From: Myxococcota bacterium
GTDB lineage: Bacteria > Myxococcota_A > UBA9160 > UBA6930
Assembly (NCBI GenBank): GCA_030065975.1
Contig: JASJCN010000009.1
Location: forward strand, 47-64,046
DNA: 64,000 nt
Direction: 5' to 3'
The notes under the pieces are model-generated. The model was not told where the DNA came from, did not search any database, and worked only from the letters and a program-made list of their open reading frames with translations. A program made the translations under genes and the position numbers. Below, one piece after another: positions 24,268 to 33,003 of the stretch. Each line of letters starts with the position of its first letter. Position 1 is the stretch's first letter.

Positions 24268-25122
24268 CTAGTCGCGTGGCAAGTACCGACGGTGGCCGCG
24301 GATCTTCCAGAAGCGTGTGTCGGGAACGGCGAAGGGCTCGCCACGGTCGTCCGGCAGCCACGCGGTGAGGAATCCGTCCCCGCTTCGGCCGTGATGAACA
24401 CACCCGGTATCGAGTCCCCGGATGCCGGACGCTACGTGGAGGCCCTGCAGGGACCAGTGTCCGTAGACCACGCCGTAGTCGCTCTCGTCGGGTGCGAAGC
24501 ATTCATGCCAGGGCACGCTCCCACCGCTGGGCTCCGCATCCGACCACGCCCCGTCCTCGGAGAGCGAGCGACAGGAGACCAGGTGCCCCAACCGGTCGGC
24601 GGCGCGCGCGATCCGCGAGCCGGAGTCCGCGCCGTGATCGCGGGCGAGGAGCTTCCGCAGGACGGCGGGGGTGCCCTGCAGCTGGGCCTCGATCTTGCCA
24701 ACCCGGCGCACGGTCTCGGGCAGCGACCACCCTGGGAAGGCCGCCGCGTGGACCATCAGGAAGGGGAAGCCCCCGATCTCGTCGGCGCGCACCAGCGGGA
24801 GACTCCGCAGCCACTCGAACCAGAAGCTGCCATCGGGGCTGTCCAGCACCTCGCCCAGGGTGTCCAGACGGCTCGGCGTGCGGAGCCCGAGAGCGGTGCG
24901 GAGCAGCGCGATCTCGTGGTTGCCCAGGATCGGGAAGGCCCGGCCCTTGGCCCAGAGCTCGTGGACCCGCTCGAGGACGCGCAGGTTCGCCGGGCCCCGA
25001 TTGATCAGATCGCCGACCGCCCAGAGCTCGAAACGCTTGCCGAACCGGCTGGTTGCGCGATCGAGGAGCTCGTCCAGCTCGTCGGCGCAGCCCTGGATGT
25101 CGCCTACGAAGATGCGCTGCAC
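24268..25122 (-). CDS. apaH: Bis(5'-nucleosyl)-tetraphosphatase (symmetrical), ApaH-type metallophosphoesterase
   Basis: VQRIFVGDIQGCADELDELL...AVGDLINRGP...ILGNHE...MVHAA...YGHWS...LDTGCV parallels the E. coli ApaH motif order. GTG at 25122 is in frame. The rest of the 806-aa track ORF is antisense junk. Confidence 0.8.
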   Translation of the reverse strand: MQRIFVGDIQGCADELDELLDRATSRFGKRFELWAVGDLINRGPANLRVLERVHELWAKGRAFPILGNHEIALLRTALGLRTPSRLDTLGEVLDSPDGSFWFEWLRSLPLVRADEIGGFPFLMVHAAAFPGWSLPETVRRVGKIEAQLQGTPAVLRKLLARDHGADSGSRIARAADRLGHLVSCRSLSEDGAWSDAEPSGGSVPWHECFAPDESDYGVVYGHWSLQGLHVASGIRGLDTGCVHHGRSGDGFLTAWLPDDRGEPFAVPDTRFWKIRGHRRYLPRD

Positions 25123-25320
25123 GGGCAAAGGGTTGCCGCGTCCAGATGAAGGTTGGCTGAGCCCGGGCCTTCGACGGCGGACTCCCCCAGGGGCATCTCC
25201 GCTGCCGGAGGCGGGAGCCGGACTGCTAAGATCCGCCCGCTCCGAGGCGCACCCGCACCCCAGACGCCGGCGCCACACCCCTGTTCGGAGTCCAAGGAAA
25301 CCGCGCGCCAGAGCCCTCTC

Positions 25321-26739
25321 GTGGCCGGCCGCATCGAGGAACGGTTGGCACGTCGCTTCATCATCTGTGACGGCGCGGAGCTCGCACGGCTCTGGGGCCG
25401 CATCGGTGCCGGCGAGACCGAGGAGCTCACCTGGGTGCCGCGCGAGGACGAGTCCCGCGCCCGGCCTCCGGGCTTCCGTGCGCTGGCCGGCGGACTCTGC
25501 GCCGAGGCGATCGGGAAGCTCGACCCGAAGGATGGGGACGAGTTCGCCCTGGTGAGCGAGGAGGGCCCCTTCGTGCGCGCCGCCGTCGCGGCGCTCTCCG
25601 AGGCCGCCCCGGCGGCTCCGGTCCTGGTGATGTCCGACCGGGTGGGCGACGACGAGCTGCCCGAGCACCCCTGCCTGCGCACGACCGGGCTTCGGACCCT
25701 GATTCGCGACGACGTGGACGCGGAGTTCGCCCATCTCGGCAACCTGCGCCGGGTCGTCGCCCTGCGAGAGCTGCTCGGCGGCCGCGAGAAGATCGCGATC
25801 CTGCTGCAGCCCGATCCCGACCCCGACGGCATCGCGGGCGGCTATGCCCTGCGCATCCTGCTGGGCCGCAAGTCCCCGACGGCTCCCCTCGTGTCCTTCG
25901 GCGACATCAAGCGCCCCGAGAATCTCGCGATGGTCAACGCGCTCGGCATCGAGGTGCGCACCATCGAGCCCGACGACCTCGACGAGTTCGACGGCATCGT
26001 GCTGGTGGACGTGCAGCCGACGGTCTTCGGCGATCCGCCGCCGGCGCGCGTGCTCTCGGTGGACGCCGTCATCGATCACCACCCCGAGCGCTCGGGCTAC
26101 GACGCCGTGATCCGCGACATCCGCACCGGCTACGGCGCCACGGCCTCGATCCTCACCGAGTACCTCCAGGCCGCGGGCGTCGAGATTCGCGCCAAGGTGG
26201 GCACCGCGCTGCTCTACGGCATCAAGAGCGACACCCAGCTGCTCGGCCGCGACACCAGCTCGGCCGACATGCAGGCCTTCGCGACGGTGCACGCGGCCCA
26301 CAGCCCGGCGCTGCTGCGACGCATCGAGCGCCCCGCCCTGCCCCAGGACGGCCTGCGCGCCTTCGGGCGTGCGCTCGCGAAGAGCCACGTCGAGGAAGGC
26401 ATCCACCTGCTCGTGCTCGGACGCGTGCGCGAGGACGTGATCCCCCAGGTGGCCGACATGGGCCTGCAGGCCGAGGGCGCCGAGTGGGCGATCGCGGCGG
26501 GCACCGTCGGCAGCGATCTCGTCTTCTCCGTCCGCAACGTGGGCTACGTGCGCGCGGCCGGCGAGGTGGTGCGCGGCATCGTCGAGGGCATCGGCGTGGG
26601 CGGCGGCCACCGCTCCATGGCCAAGGGCATCATCCCCGTGGCCGCCTTCCGCGAGCGCTACGGCAAGGCCGACGCCGCGACGGTGCACCGGATCCTGCTC
26701 GAGGCCTTCTCGAGCGCCATCCAGGGCGAATCCTCCTAG
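25321..26739 (+). CDS. DHH/DHHA1-family phosphoesterase (NrnA-like) with extra N-terminal domain
   Basis: DPDPDGIAG (motif II), VIDHHP (the DHH motif) and [10 protein letters not shown] (the DHHA1 GGGH motif). The start is tentatively GTG 25321. Confidence 0.8.
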   Translation: MAGRIEERLARRFIICDGAELARLWGRIGAGETEELTWVPREDESRARPPGFRALAGGLCAEAIGKLDPKDGDEFALVSEEGPFVRAAVAALSEAAPAAPVLVMSDRVGDDELPEHPCLRTTGLRTLIRDDVDAEFAHLGNLRRVVALRELLGGREKIAILLQPDPDPDGIAGGYALRILLGRKSPTAPLVSFGDIKRPENLAMVNALGIEVRTIEPDDLDEFDGIVLVDVQPTVFGDPPPARVLSVDAVIDHHPERSGYDAVIRDIRTGYGATASILTEYLQAAGVEIRAKVGTALLYGIKSDTQLLGRDTSSADMQAFATVHAAHSPALLRRIERPALPQDGLRAFGRALAKSHVEEGIHLLVLGRVREDVIPQVADMGLQAEGAEWAIAAGTVGSDLVFSVRNVGYVRAAGEVVRGIVEGIGVGGGHRSMAKGIIPVAAFRERYGKADAATVHRILLEAFSSAIQGESS

Positions 26740-26820
26740 GGAAGCTCTGCAAGGGTCTCCCTACACGAACCATCGGAGCCCACGAGTCCCATGTCGTCCA
26801 CAGCTGCAGAGCTTCCCTAG
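26736..26820 (+). mobile_element. MITE-like palindromic repeat element, copy 2 (CTAGGGAAGCTCTGC ... GCAGAGCTTCCCTAG)
   Basis: Perfect 15-bp terminal inverted repeats. The interior is about 70-80% identical by eye to copy 1 in the same orientation. It fills the whole intergenic space between the DHH gene and the pterin dehydratase gene. Confidence 0.85.
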
Positions 26821-27113
26821 TGGCACTCCCGGTGCTCGAGGGGGAGGAGCTCGCGCGAGCGCTGGCCGACCTCCCTGGCTGGGACGTCGTCGACGGCAAG
26901 CTCCACCGCGAATTCCGCTTCGCGGACTTCAACGAGGCGTTCGGCTTCATGAGCCGCGCAGCCCTCGTGGCCGAGCAGATGAACCACCACCCGGAGTGGT
27001 TCAACGTCTACGCCATGGTGCGGGTCGACCTCACCACCCACGATTCGGGCGGCATCACCCGCAACGACGTGGACCTCGCCACCGCGATGAACCGCTTCGC
27101 GGACCCGCGCTAG
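26820..27113 (+). CDS. 4a-hydroxytetrahydrobiopterin (pterin-4-alpha-carbinolamine) dehydratase
   Basis: [61 protein letters not shown] is the PCD signature. GTG at 26820 (or 26832) is in frame within the 209-aa track ORF. Confidence 0.85.
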   Translation: MALPVLEGEELARALADLPGWDVVDGKLHREFRFADFNEAFGFMSRAALVAEQMNHHPEWFNVYAMVRVDLTTHDSGGITRNDVDLATAMNRFADPR

Positions 27114-27165
27114 GGAAGATCCGGCGGCTCGCGCGTGAGGCGTGCCACTCCCGAGCGTAGTGAGC

Positions 27166-27231
27166 GGGGTCGGGTCCGATCCGGCGACGACATCACCCGA
27201 CTCTCGTCGGAGACGGACCGGACCCGACCCC
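27166..27231. terminator. Long imperfect hairpin (13-bp perfect outer stem GGGGTCGGGTCCG/CGGACCCGACCCC) between convergent genes
   Basis: Read directly. There is additional partial pairing inside and no U-tract. The position between two convergent 3' ends suggests a bidirectional terminator or RNA-stability element. Confidence 0.4.
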
Positions 27232-27268
27232 GCCTCCTCCCAAGCCCGCGAACCGTGTCCGCTCCCGG

Positions 27269-28762
27269 CTAGCGCCGCTTCGTCAGCTGGTTCACCGAGA
27301 CGAGCCCGCGCAGCTCGCGGTCGTTCGGCGGCGTGCCGACGTTGTCCCACGACTCGCGGCGCCAGCTTCCCGCCTGGGACAGGTTGGCCATGGAGGCGCC
27401 GATCGAGTCGAGGATCCGGATCGGGCGATCCTCGTCGTCGGGCCACTTCGGATAGTCCTCGCGATCCTCGCTCCAGCGCGAGGCGTACATGCCGACGTTG
27501 GTCATCTCCTCGTTCTTGTCGAAGGTCGCGACGTAGATCGGGTGGAGGGTCTGGAGGTCGAGGTAGAGGATCTGCCGCGCGGCCTGCAGCGACTCGTTGC
27601 CGAGCTCGTGGGTCGTGCGCATCTCGATCACCAGGGCCCGCCGCAGGTCCCAGCGGTCGTTCGCGAACGAGAGGCCCCAGGGCCCGAAGTCGCGATCGGG
27701 GTTCTCGGGATAGGCTGCCGACGCGGAGTTGATCGGCGTCAGCACGTCGTGGAGGCCCAGGATCTTCGCCTCGTAGAGCAGCGGACGGATCACGAGCCCC
27801 TCGTAGCCGCTGCGCTTGTTCTGGACGCTGCCGCCGGGCACGCCGACGGAGCCCATGCTCGCGCCGCCGCCAAAGGAGGCGCCAGAGCCCGAGGCACCCG
27901 CGATCTGCTGGGTCGGAACCACGCCCACCGAGAACGAGGGCATGTACAGCCCTTCGACCTGGTTGGCCGAGAGCCTGCGCACGCGACGCATGTTGGGCAC
28001 GTAGGCGTGCAGGTCGTCCGAGCGCTTCACGCTCGTGTAGTGCTCGATGTCGCGGAACTGACGCCAGGCGTACTCGCGCGCGTCGAAGGGCTTGTAGAAG
28101 AGACCGCCCGCGACGAACTGCTTTCCGCGCGCGCCCTTCATGATGTACTTCTCGTCCGGCAGGTCCGCGCGCCCGGCCATCAGCATCTTGAACATCTCGC
28201 CCTCGAAGGGCTCGGCGCGACCGACGCGGCCCACGAGGTCGGTGTTGCGGAACTTCCCGCGGAAGCCGGCGCCCTGGTAGCGCATCTCGGCGTTCCACAG
28301 GATCTTGATTCCGGCCGTCGGATCGTCGAGGGCGACGCCGCCCATGGGGAAGGGCTGGCCCGCCGCGTAGCCCACGAGGCCGCCGTCCGCGTCCAGGCTC
28401 GCGCTGCCCGCGTTCGCGGTCGTGGCCTCCTGGTAGAAGGCCGGGGCCGAGTAGTCGAAGAAGCACGGGCCGATCTCGAGCCGCATGCCCTCGAAGAAGA
28501 ACTTCTCGCGATGCTCCCAGATCGACTCGGGGACGAAGTTCTTCAGCACTTCGAGGGTGTCCAGGCTGAACACGTCGCCGGTCTGGAAGGGCACCGAGAC
28601 GGCGTCGTCGGCCGGGCCGCTCCCGGCGCTGACGAGGCCTCCCTGGGTGGCGCAGCTGCCCGGCTCGGGAAGCTCCCAGGGCGAGGGCTCGCCGTCGGCC
28701 AGCAACGGCGCGGGAACCAGGACGAAGAGGACGAGGCAGGCGAGGCTCGATAGTCGCATCAC
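27269..28762 (-). CDS. DUF1329-like outer-membrane lipoprotein-sorting-type protein (secreted)
   Basis: 497 aa with a signal peptide (MMRLSSLACLVLFVLVPAPLLA). The length and motifs (GIKILWNAEMRYQG, YLDLQTLHPIY) recall the DUF1329 family. Assigned from memory. Confidence 0.65.
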   Translation of the reverse strand: MMRLSSLACLVLFVLVPAPLLADGEPSPWELPEPGSCATQGGLVSAGSGPADDAVSVPFQTGDVFSLDTLEVLKNFVPESIWEHREKFFFEGMRLEIGPCFFDYSAPAFYQEATTANAGSASLDADGGLVGYAAGQPFPMGGVALDDPTAGIKILWNAEMRYQGAGFRGKFRNTDLVGRVGRAEPFEGEMFKMLMAGRADLPDEKYIMKGARGKQFVAGGLFYKPFDAREYAWRQFRDIEHYTSVKRSDDLHAYVPNMRRVRRLSANQVEGLYMPSFSVGVVPTQQIAGASGSGASFGGGASMGSVGVPGGSVQNKRSGYEGLVIRPLLYEAKILGLHDVLTPINSASAAYPENPDRDFGPWGLSFANDRWDLRRALVIEMRTTHELGNESLQAARQILYLDLQTLHPIYVATFDKNEEMTNVGMYASRWSEDREDYPKWPDDEDRPIRILDSIGASMANLSQAGSWRRESWDNVGTPPNDRELRGLVSVNQLTKRR

Positions 28763-28834
28763 GACGGGCGCACCCTCCAGTGGACGTGGGGCCGGGAGTA
28801 TAGGGTGGGTCGGGCCGGCGAGGGTGGCGCGTGG

Positions 28835-29686
28835 TCAGGACCCGCGGAGGGCGTCGCGCACGAGGCCAGGGAGCTCCCGGACCGCATCGAGCCCGGCCTC
28901 GGGCAGCGGAAACACGAGATCGGTGGCGGCGCGGGTCTCCCGGCCTAGCGCCGCGGCCCGCTCGACCGGATCGGCCGCGCCCTCGAGCAGCCAGGCCAGC
29001 CGCGGCCCGTCCGGCATGGGCTCTCCCTCCGCGTGGGCCTCCACCTTCGCGTGAGCCTGCAGGTACGGAGACGGGTCGGCGCTCTCCGGGAGCATCAGAC
29101 CCGCTCCGAGGCGAGCCGCCATCCCCTGGGCCTCGGGCCGGGTGGCCCCGACCCAGATCGGCGGCCCCCCCGGCGTGCGGGGGGCGGGCGTCACCGCCGT
29201 CCCCTCGAGGTGGAAGTGGCGACCCTGGAAGCTCGTCGGCCGCCCCGTGAAGGCCTTCTGGACCAGGGTCACGGCCTCCTCGAAGCGCGCGCTCCGCTCC
29301 TCCCGGGCCACGCCCCAGGACTCGAGGCCCAGGGGATCGCTGCCGAGGCCGAGGCCGAGCTCGAAGCGGCCGTCGGAGACGAGGTCCAGGGTCGCGGCGT
29401 CCTCCGCCACGCGCAGGGGATGGTGCAGGGGAAGCGGCAGCAGCCCGGTCGCCACGCGGAGCCGCTCGGTGCGTGCGGCCAGGCCGGCGCACACGAGCAG
29501 CGCGGAGGGCACGAGCGCATCGGCGCGCGTCGGCCGCTCCGCGATCCAGACCACGTCGAAGCCGGCCTCCTCCGCACGCGCCAGCTCTCCGATCCATTCG
29601 GGGCCGGCCGCATCGCCCTCCCCGGACGCGGGAGGCTCGAAGCGCAGGCCGATGCGAAGGGCGGGCGCAGGGCTCGGGGGAGACAT
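28835..29686 (-). CDS. LLM-class flavin-dependent oxidoreductase (luciferase-like)
   Basis: GFDVVWIAER...LLPLPLHHPLRVAEDAATLDLVSDGRFELGLGLG is the typical luciferase-like monooxygenase core. Confidence 0.85.
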   Translation of the reverse strand: MSPPSPAPALRIGLRFEPPASGEGDAAGPEWIGELARAEEAGFDVVWIAERPTRADALVPSALLVCAGLAARTERLRVATGLLPLPLHHPLRVAEDAATLDLVSDGRFELGLGLGSDPLGLESWGVAREERSARFEEAVTLVQKAFTGRPTSFQGRHFHLEGTAVTPAPRTPGGPPIWVGATRPEAQGMAARLGAGLMLPESADPSPYLQAHAKVEAHAEGEPMPDGPRLAWLLEGAADPVERAAALGRETRAATDLVFPLPEAGLDAVRELPGLVRDALRGS

Positions 29687-29757
29687 CGAGGCGTTATTCT
29701 GACCGCTCCCGAGACGAAGGGCCCGAGCCTTCGACGCGACGCCCGACGGAGACCCCG

Positions 29758-30288
29758 TTGCCCACGAGGCTCTTCGAAGCCGTCCTGTCGACCGCCAGCG
29801 CCCACGGCCCTCCCGAGGCGCCGTGGCTGGCCCTCACCTTCCGGCTCCTCGGCAGCCGGGCTCCGGTGGACGAGGTGCACGACCGGCTCGATCTCGGGCC
29901 GGAGCTCACCCTCGAGAGCGCGAGCAGCATGGCCCGGCTGCTCAGGCTCCTGCGGGTCGCGCGCGTGGCGACGCCGCGGGATGCGCGGGCGCTGCTCGGC
30001 CAGCCGGAGGAGGCCCTGCGCCGGACCCTGCGCGCCGTCGGCGTCCCGCTGCTCCTCGAGGTGCGCCCCCGCTCGACCCTGCGTCTGCGGATCTGGACCG
30101 AAGAGGGGGTGGAGGAGATCGACTCCGTGGCCGAGGTCGTCGAATCGAAGGACGCCTTCGTGGTGCGTCGTCTGACCGGGGAGCTGCCGATCCGGATTCC
30201 CCGGGAACGGGTGGTCCGGCACGAATCGCGCCGGGAGCGTTGGTACGAGGTGACCGGAATCGAGCGCCCCGAGCCCAAGGGCCGCTGA
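29758..30288 (+). CDS. Hypothetical protein
   Basis: This frame has very high third-position GC and non-junk composition (LFEAVLSTASAHG...IWTEEGVEEIDSVAEVVESKDAFVVRRLTGELPIRIPRERVV). Tentative TTG start at 29758 with GGAGA upstream. No family recognised. Confidence 0.5.
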   Translation: MPTRLFEAVLSTASAHGPPEAPWLALTFRLLGSRAPVDEVHDRLDLGPELTLESASSMARLLRLLRVARVATPRDARALLGQPEEALRRTLRAVGVPLLLEVRPRSTLRLRIWTEEGVEEIDSVAEVVESKDAFVVRRLTGELPIRIPRERVVRHESRRERWYEVTGIERPEPKGR

Positions 30289-30370
30289 GCCAGGCCGAAC
30301 GCCGCCGCATGAAGCCGACGGGGCCCGGCGCATGCGTCCCGAGTGGCACCCGGGTACGTTCCGATCTCCC

Positions 30371-32491
30371 ATGCAGAGCCGCTGGAACGACTCCGAGGCC
30401 CGCCAGGCCGTCGACCGCTGGGCAAGCGAGGGCGGCCCGGAGCTCGCGCTGCGCGTCTACACCTCGCGCCTGATCGGCGTCGACCCCGAGCTCGTGCTCC
30501 ACGGTGGCGGCAACACCTCGCTCAAGAGCACCCGCGACGACATCCTGGGCGAGCCGCTCGAGGTGCTCCACGTGAAGGGCTCTGGCAGCGCGCTCGACTC
30601 CGTCGCGCCGCGCGACCTGCCGGGCCTCGACCTGGCCCGGCTGCGTCGGCTGCGCAGCCTGCCCGCGCTCTCCGACGAGGAGATGGTGAACCAGCTGCGT
30701 ACCCATCTGCTCGACGCGACCTCGCCCAACCCGTCGGTCGAGACGCTGCTCCACGCGTTCCTGCCCCACCGCTACGTGGATCACTCCCACGCCGACGCGG
30801 TGCTCGCCCTCACCAACCAGCCCGACGGCGAGGCGCTGGCCCGCGAGGCCCTGGGCGACCGCGTGGTCGTGATCCCCTACGTGATGCCCGGGTTCCCGCT
30901 GGCCCTGGCCGTGGCCGACGCCGCCGAGGCCCACCCCTCGGCGGAAGGCGCGGTGCTGCTCAAGCACGGCCTGTTCACCTTCGCGGACGACGCCCGCGAG
31001 AGCTACGAGCGACACATCGAGTTCGTCTCGTGCTGCGAGGCCGTGCTCGCCAAACGCGCCGAGGGGCGCCCGCGCCTGCGCGCCCGGGCGATCCGCATGG
31101 AGGACGAGCCGGCCGAGCAGCGCGTCGCCGAGGCCGCGCCGATCCTGCGCGGCCTGCTGGCCGAGCGCGGTGAGGATCCCGAGGTCCCGGCGAAGCCGCT
31201 GGTGATGGAGTGGCGCGGAGACGAAGCGACGCGCGCCTTCTGCGAGAGCGAGGAGGCCCTGCGCCTCGTCACCGAGGGGCCGCTCACGCCCGATCACGTG
31301 ATCCGCACCAAGGCGCTCCCGCTCTTCGTGCCCCAGCCGTCCTTCGGAGACGGGGAGGCGCTCGCTCGCGAGCTCTCGCAGGAGGTGGGGCGCTACCGGG
31401 GGAGCTACGACGCCTACTTCGAAGCGTGCGTCGCGAGCAAGGGCGTCGTCCGCACCAAGCTCGACTCCGCGCCGCGGGTGGTGCTGCTGCCGGGCGCCGG
31501 CGCGCTCTGCTTCGGACGTACGAAGAAGGACGCGCGCATCGCGGCCGACATCACCGAGCACACCCTCGCCGCCAAGGCCCTGGCCGAGGCCGCGGGCCAC
31601 TACGAGGCGCTCGCGGCGGACCACCTCTTCGACATGGAGTACTGGAGCCTCGAGCAGGCGAAGCTCGGCAAGGCCAAGGACCGCCCGCTCGAGAGCCGCA
31701 TCGTGTTCGTGACCGGCGGCGCCGGTGCGATCGCCCAGGGGATCGCCGAGGCCTGTGCCGAGGCCGGCGGCCACGTCGTCCTGGCCGACCTCGACGAGGA
31801 GGGCGCACGCGCCGCCGCGAGCCGGATCGAGGAGCGCCATGGCGCGGGTAGCGCGAAAGGCATCGGGCTCGACGTGACCGACGGCGCCTCGGTGCGAGAG
31901 GCCTTCGACGCCTGCTGCGTCGCGTACGGCGGCGTCGACGTCGTGGTGCCCAACGCGGGGCTCGCCCACGTGGCACCCATTCGCGAGCTCGAGCCCGGGG
32001 CGGCCCAGCGCGTCTCGGACGTGAACTACATGGGCGTCCTCCACACCCTGCGCGAGGCCGGCCGGCTCTTCGAGCTCCAGGGCATCGGCGGGGACATCGT
32101 GGTCAACGCCTCGAAGAACGTGTTCGCCCCGGGCAAGGACTTCGGCGCCTACAGCGCGAGCAAGGCGGCGGCGACCCAGCTCGGCAAGATCGCCGCGCTC
32201 GAGCTCGCGCCCCTCGACGTGCGCGTCAACTTCATAAACGCCGACGCCATCTTCGAGGGCGGCGGCCGGGAGTCGGGGCTGTGGGCGGAGGTCGGCCCCG
32301 AGCGCGCCGCGCGCCGTGGTCTGTCGCCCGACCAGCTGCCCGAGTTCTACCGCGACCGGAACCTGCTGAAGTCGCGCGTCCGGGCCCGGCACGTCGGGAA
32401 CGCCGTCGTGTTCTTCGCCAGCCGGCAGACGCCGACCACGGGCGCGACCCTGCCCGTCGACGGCGGCATCCCCGAGGCCTTCCCGAGATGA
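30371..32491 (+). CDS. Bifunctional class II aldolase/adducin-domain + short-chain dehydrogenase protein (rhamnulose-1-phosphate aldolase/alcohol dehydrogenase-like)
   Basis: The N-terminal part reads HGGGNTS...LHVKGSG...SVETLLHAFLPHRYVDHSHAD. The C-terminal SDR part reads VTGGAGAIAQGIA...NAS...YSASKAA. ATG at 30371 (MQSRWNDSEA). Confidence 0.9.
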   Translation: MQSRWNDSEARQAVDRWASEGGPELALRVYTSRLIGVDPELVLHGGGNTSLKSTRDDILGEPLEVLHVKGSGSALDSVAPRDLPGLDLARLRRLRSLPALSDEEMVNQLRTHLLDATSPNPSVETLLHAFLPHRYVDHSHADAVLALTNQPDGEALAREALGDRVVVIPYVMPGFPLALAVADAAEAHPSAEGAVLLKHGLFTFADDARESYERHIEFVSCCEAVLAKRAEGRPRLRARAIRMEDEPAEQRVAEAAPILRGLLAERGEDPEVPAKPLVMEWRGDEATRAFCESEEALRLVTEGPLTPDHVIRTKALPLFVPQPSFGDGEALARELSQEVGRYRGSYDAYFEACVASKGVVRTKLDSAPRVVLLPGAGALCFGRTKKDARIAADITEHTLAAKALAEAAGHYEALAADHLFDMEYWSLEQAKLGKAKDRPLESRIVFVTGGAGAIAQGIAEACAEAGGHVVLADLDEEGARAAASRIEERHGAGSAKGIGLDVTDGASVREAFDACCVAYGGVDVVVPNAGLAHVAPIRELEPGAAQRVSDVNYMGVLHTLREAGRLFELQGIGGDIVVNASKNVFAPGKDFGAYSASKAAATQLGKIAALELAPLDVRVNFINADAIFEGGGRESGLWAEVGPERAARRGLSPDQLPEFYRDRNLLKSRVRARHVGNAVVFFASRQTPTTGATLPVDGGIPEAFPR

Positions 32492-32979
32492 GCGAAGGGC
32501 GCGCCGACGGCCCCACCGAGCGCCTCGTCGTTCCCGACCTGGCCTCGCTGAAGCAGCTCGTCGGCAGCGAGATCGGCGTGTCGGAGTGGATCACCGTCGA
32601 CCAGCGGCGCATCGATCTGTTCGCCGAGGCCACCGGGGATCACCAGTGGATCCACACCGACCCCGAGCGCTGCAAGAAGGAGTCGCCCTTCGGGTCGACC
32701 ATCGCCCACGGCCACCTGACGCTCTCCCTCGCGCCGCACCTGCTCACCTCCATCCTCGAGATCCAGTACGCGAGCATGGTGGTGAATCCCGGCATCGAGA
32801 AGATGCGGCTGCGCGCGCCGGTCCGGTCCGGCGACCGCGTGCGCCTGCGCGCGAGCCTGAAGGCGCTTCGCGAGCTTCCCGGCGGCGCGGCCCGGGGCAC
32901 CATCCACATGATCATCGAGATCGAGGGCGAGTCGAAGCCGGCGGCCGTCGGCGACGCGCTGCTCGTCTATTTCCCGTAG
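32488..32979 (+). CDS. MaoC-like (R)-specific enoyl-CoA hydratase/dehydratase (hotdog fold)
   Basis: FAEATGDHQWIHTDPERCKKESPFGSTIAHGHLTLSL is the MaoC dehydratase motif. ATGA start/stop overlap with the upstream gene. Confidence 0.9.
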   Translation: MSEGRADGPTERLVVPDLASLKQLVGSEIGVSEWITVDQRRIDLFAEATGDHQWIHTDPERCKKESPFGSTIAHGHLTLSLAPHLLTSILEIQYASMVVNPGIEKMRLRAPVRSGDRVRLRASLKALRELPGGAARGTIHMIIEIEGESKPAAVGDALLVYFP

Positions 32980-33003
32980 TTGAGCTCGGTACAGGAGGCT
33001 CGG

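Noticed and set aside
26817-32392. Long minus-strand ORFs 26817..29597 (926 aa) and 29942..32392 (816 aa)
   Set aside because: These are low-complexity Arg/Gly/Pro/Ala translations. They overlap the DUF1329 and LLM genes in other frames and run antisense to the pterin dehydratase and aldolase/SDR genes, all of which show bona fide motifs and the expected third-position GC bias.
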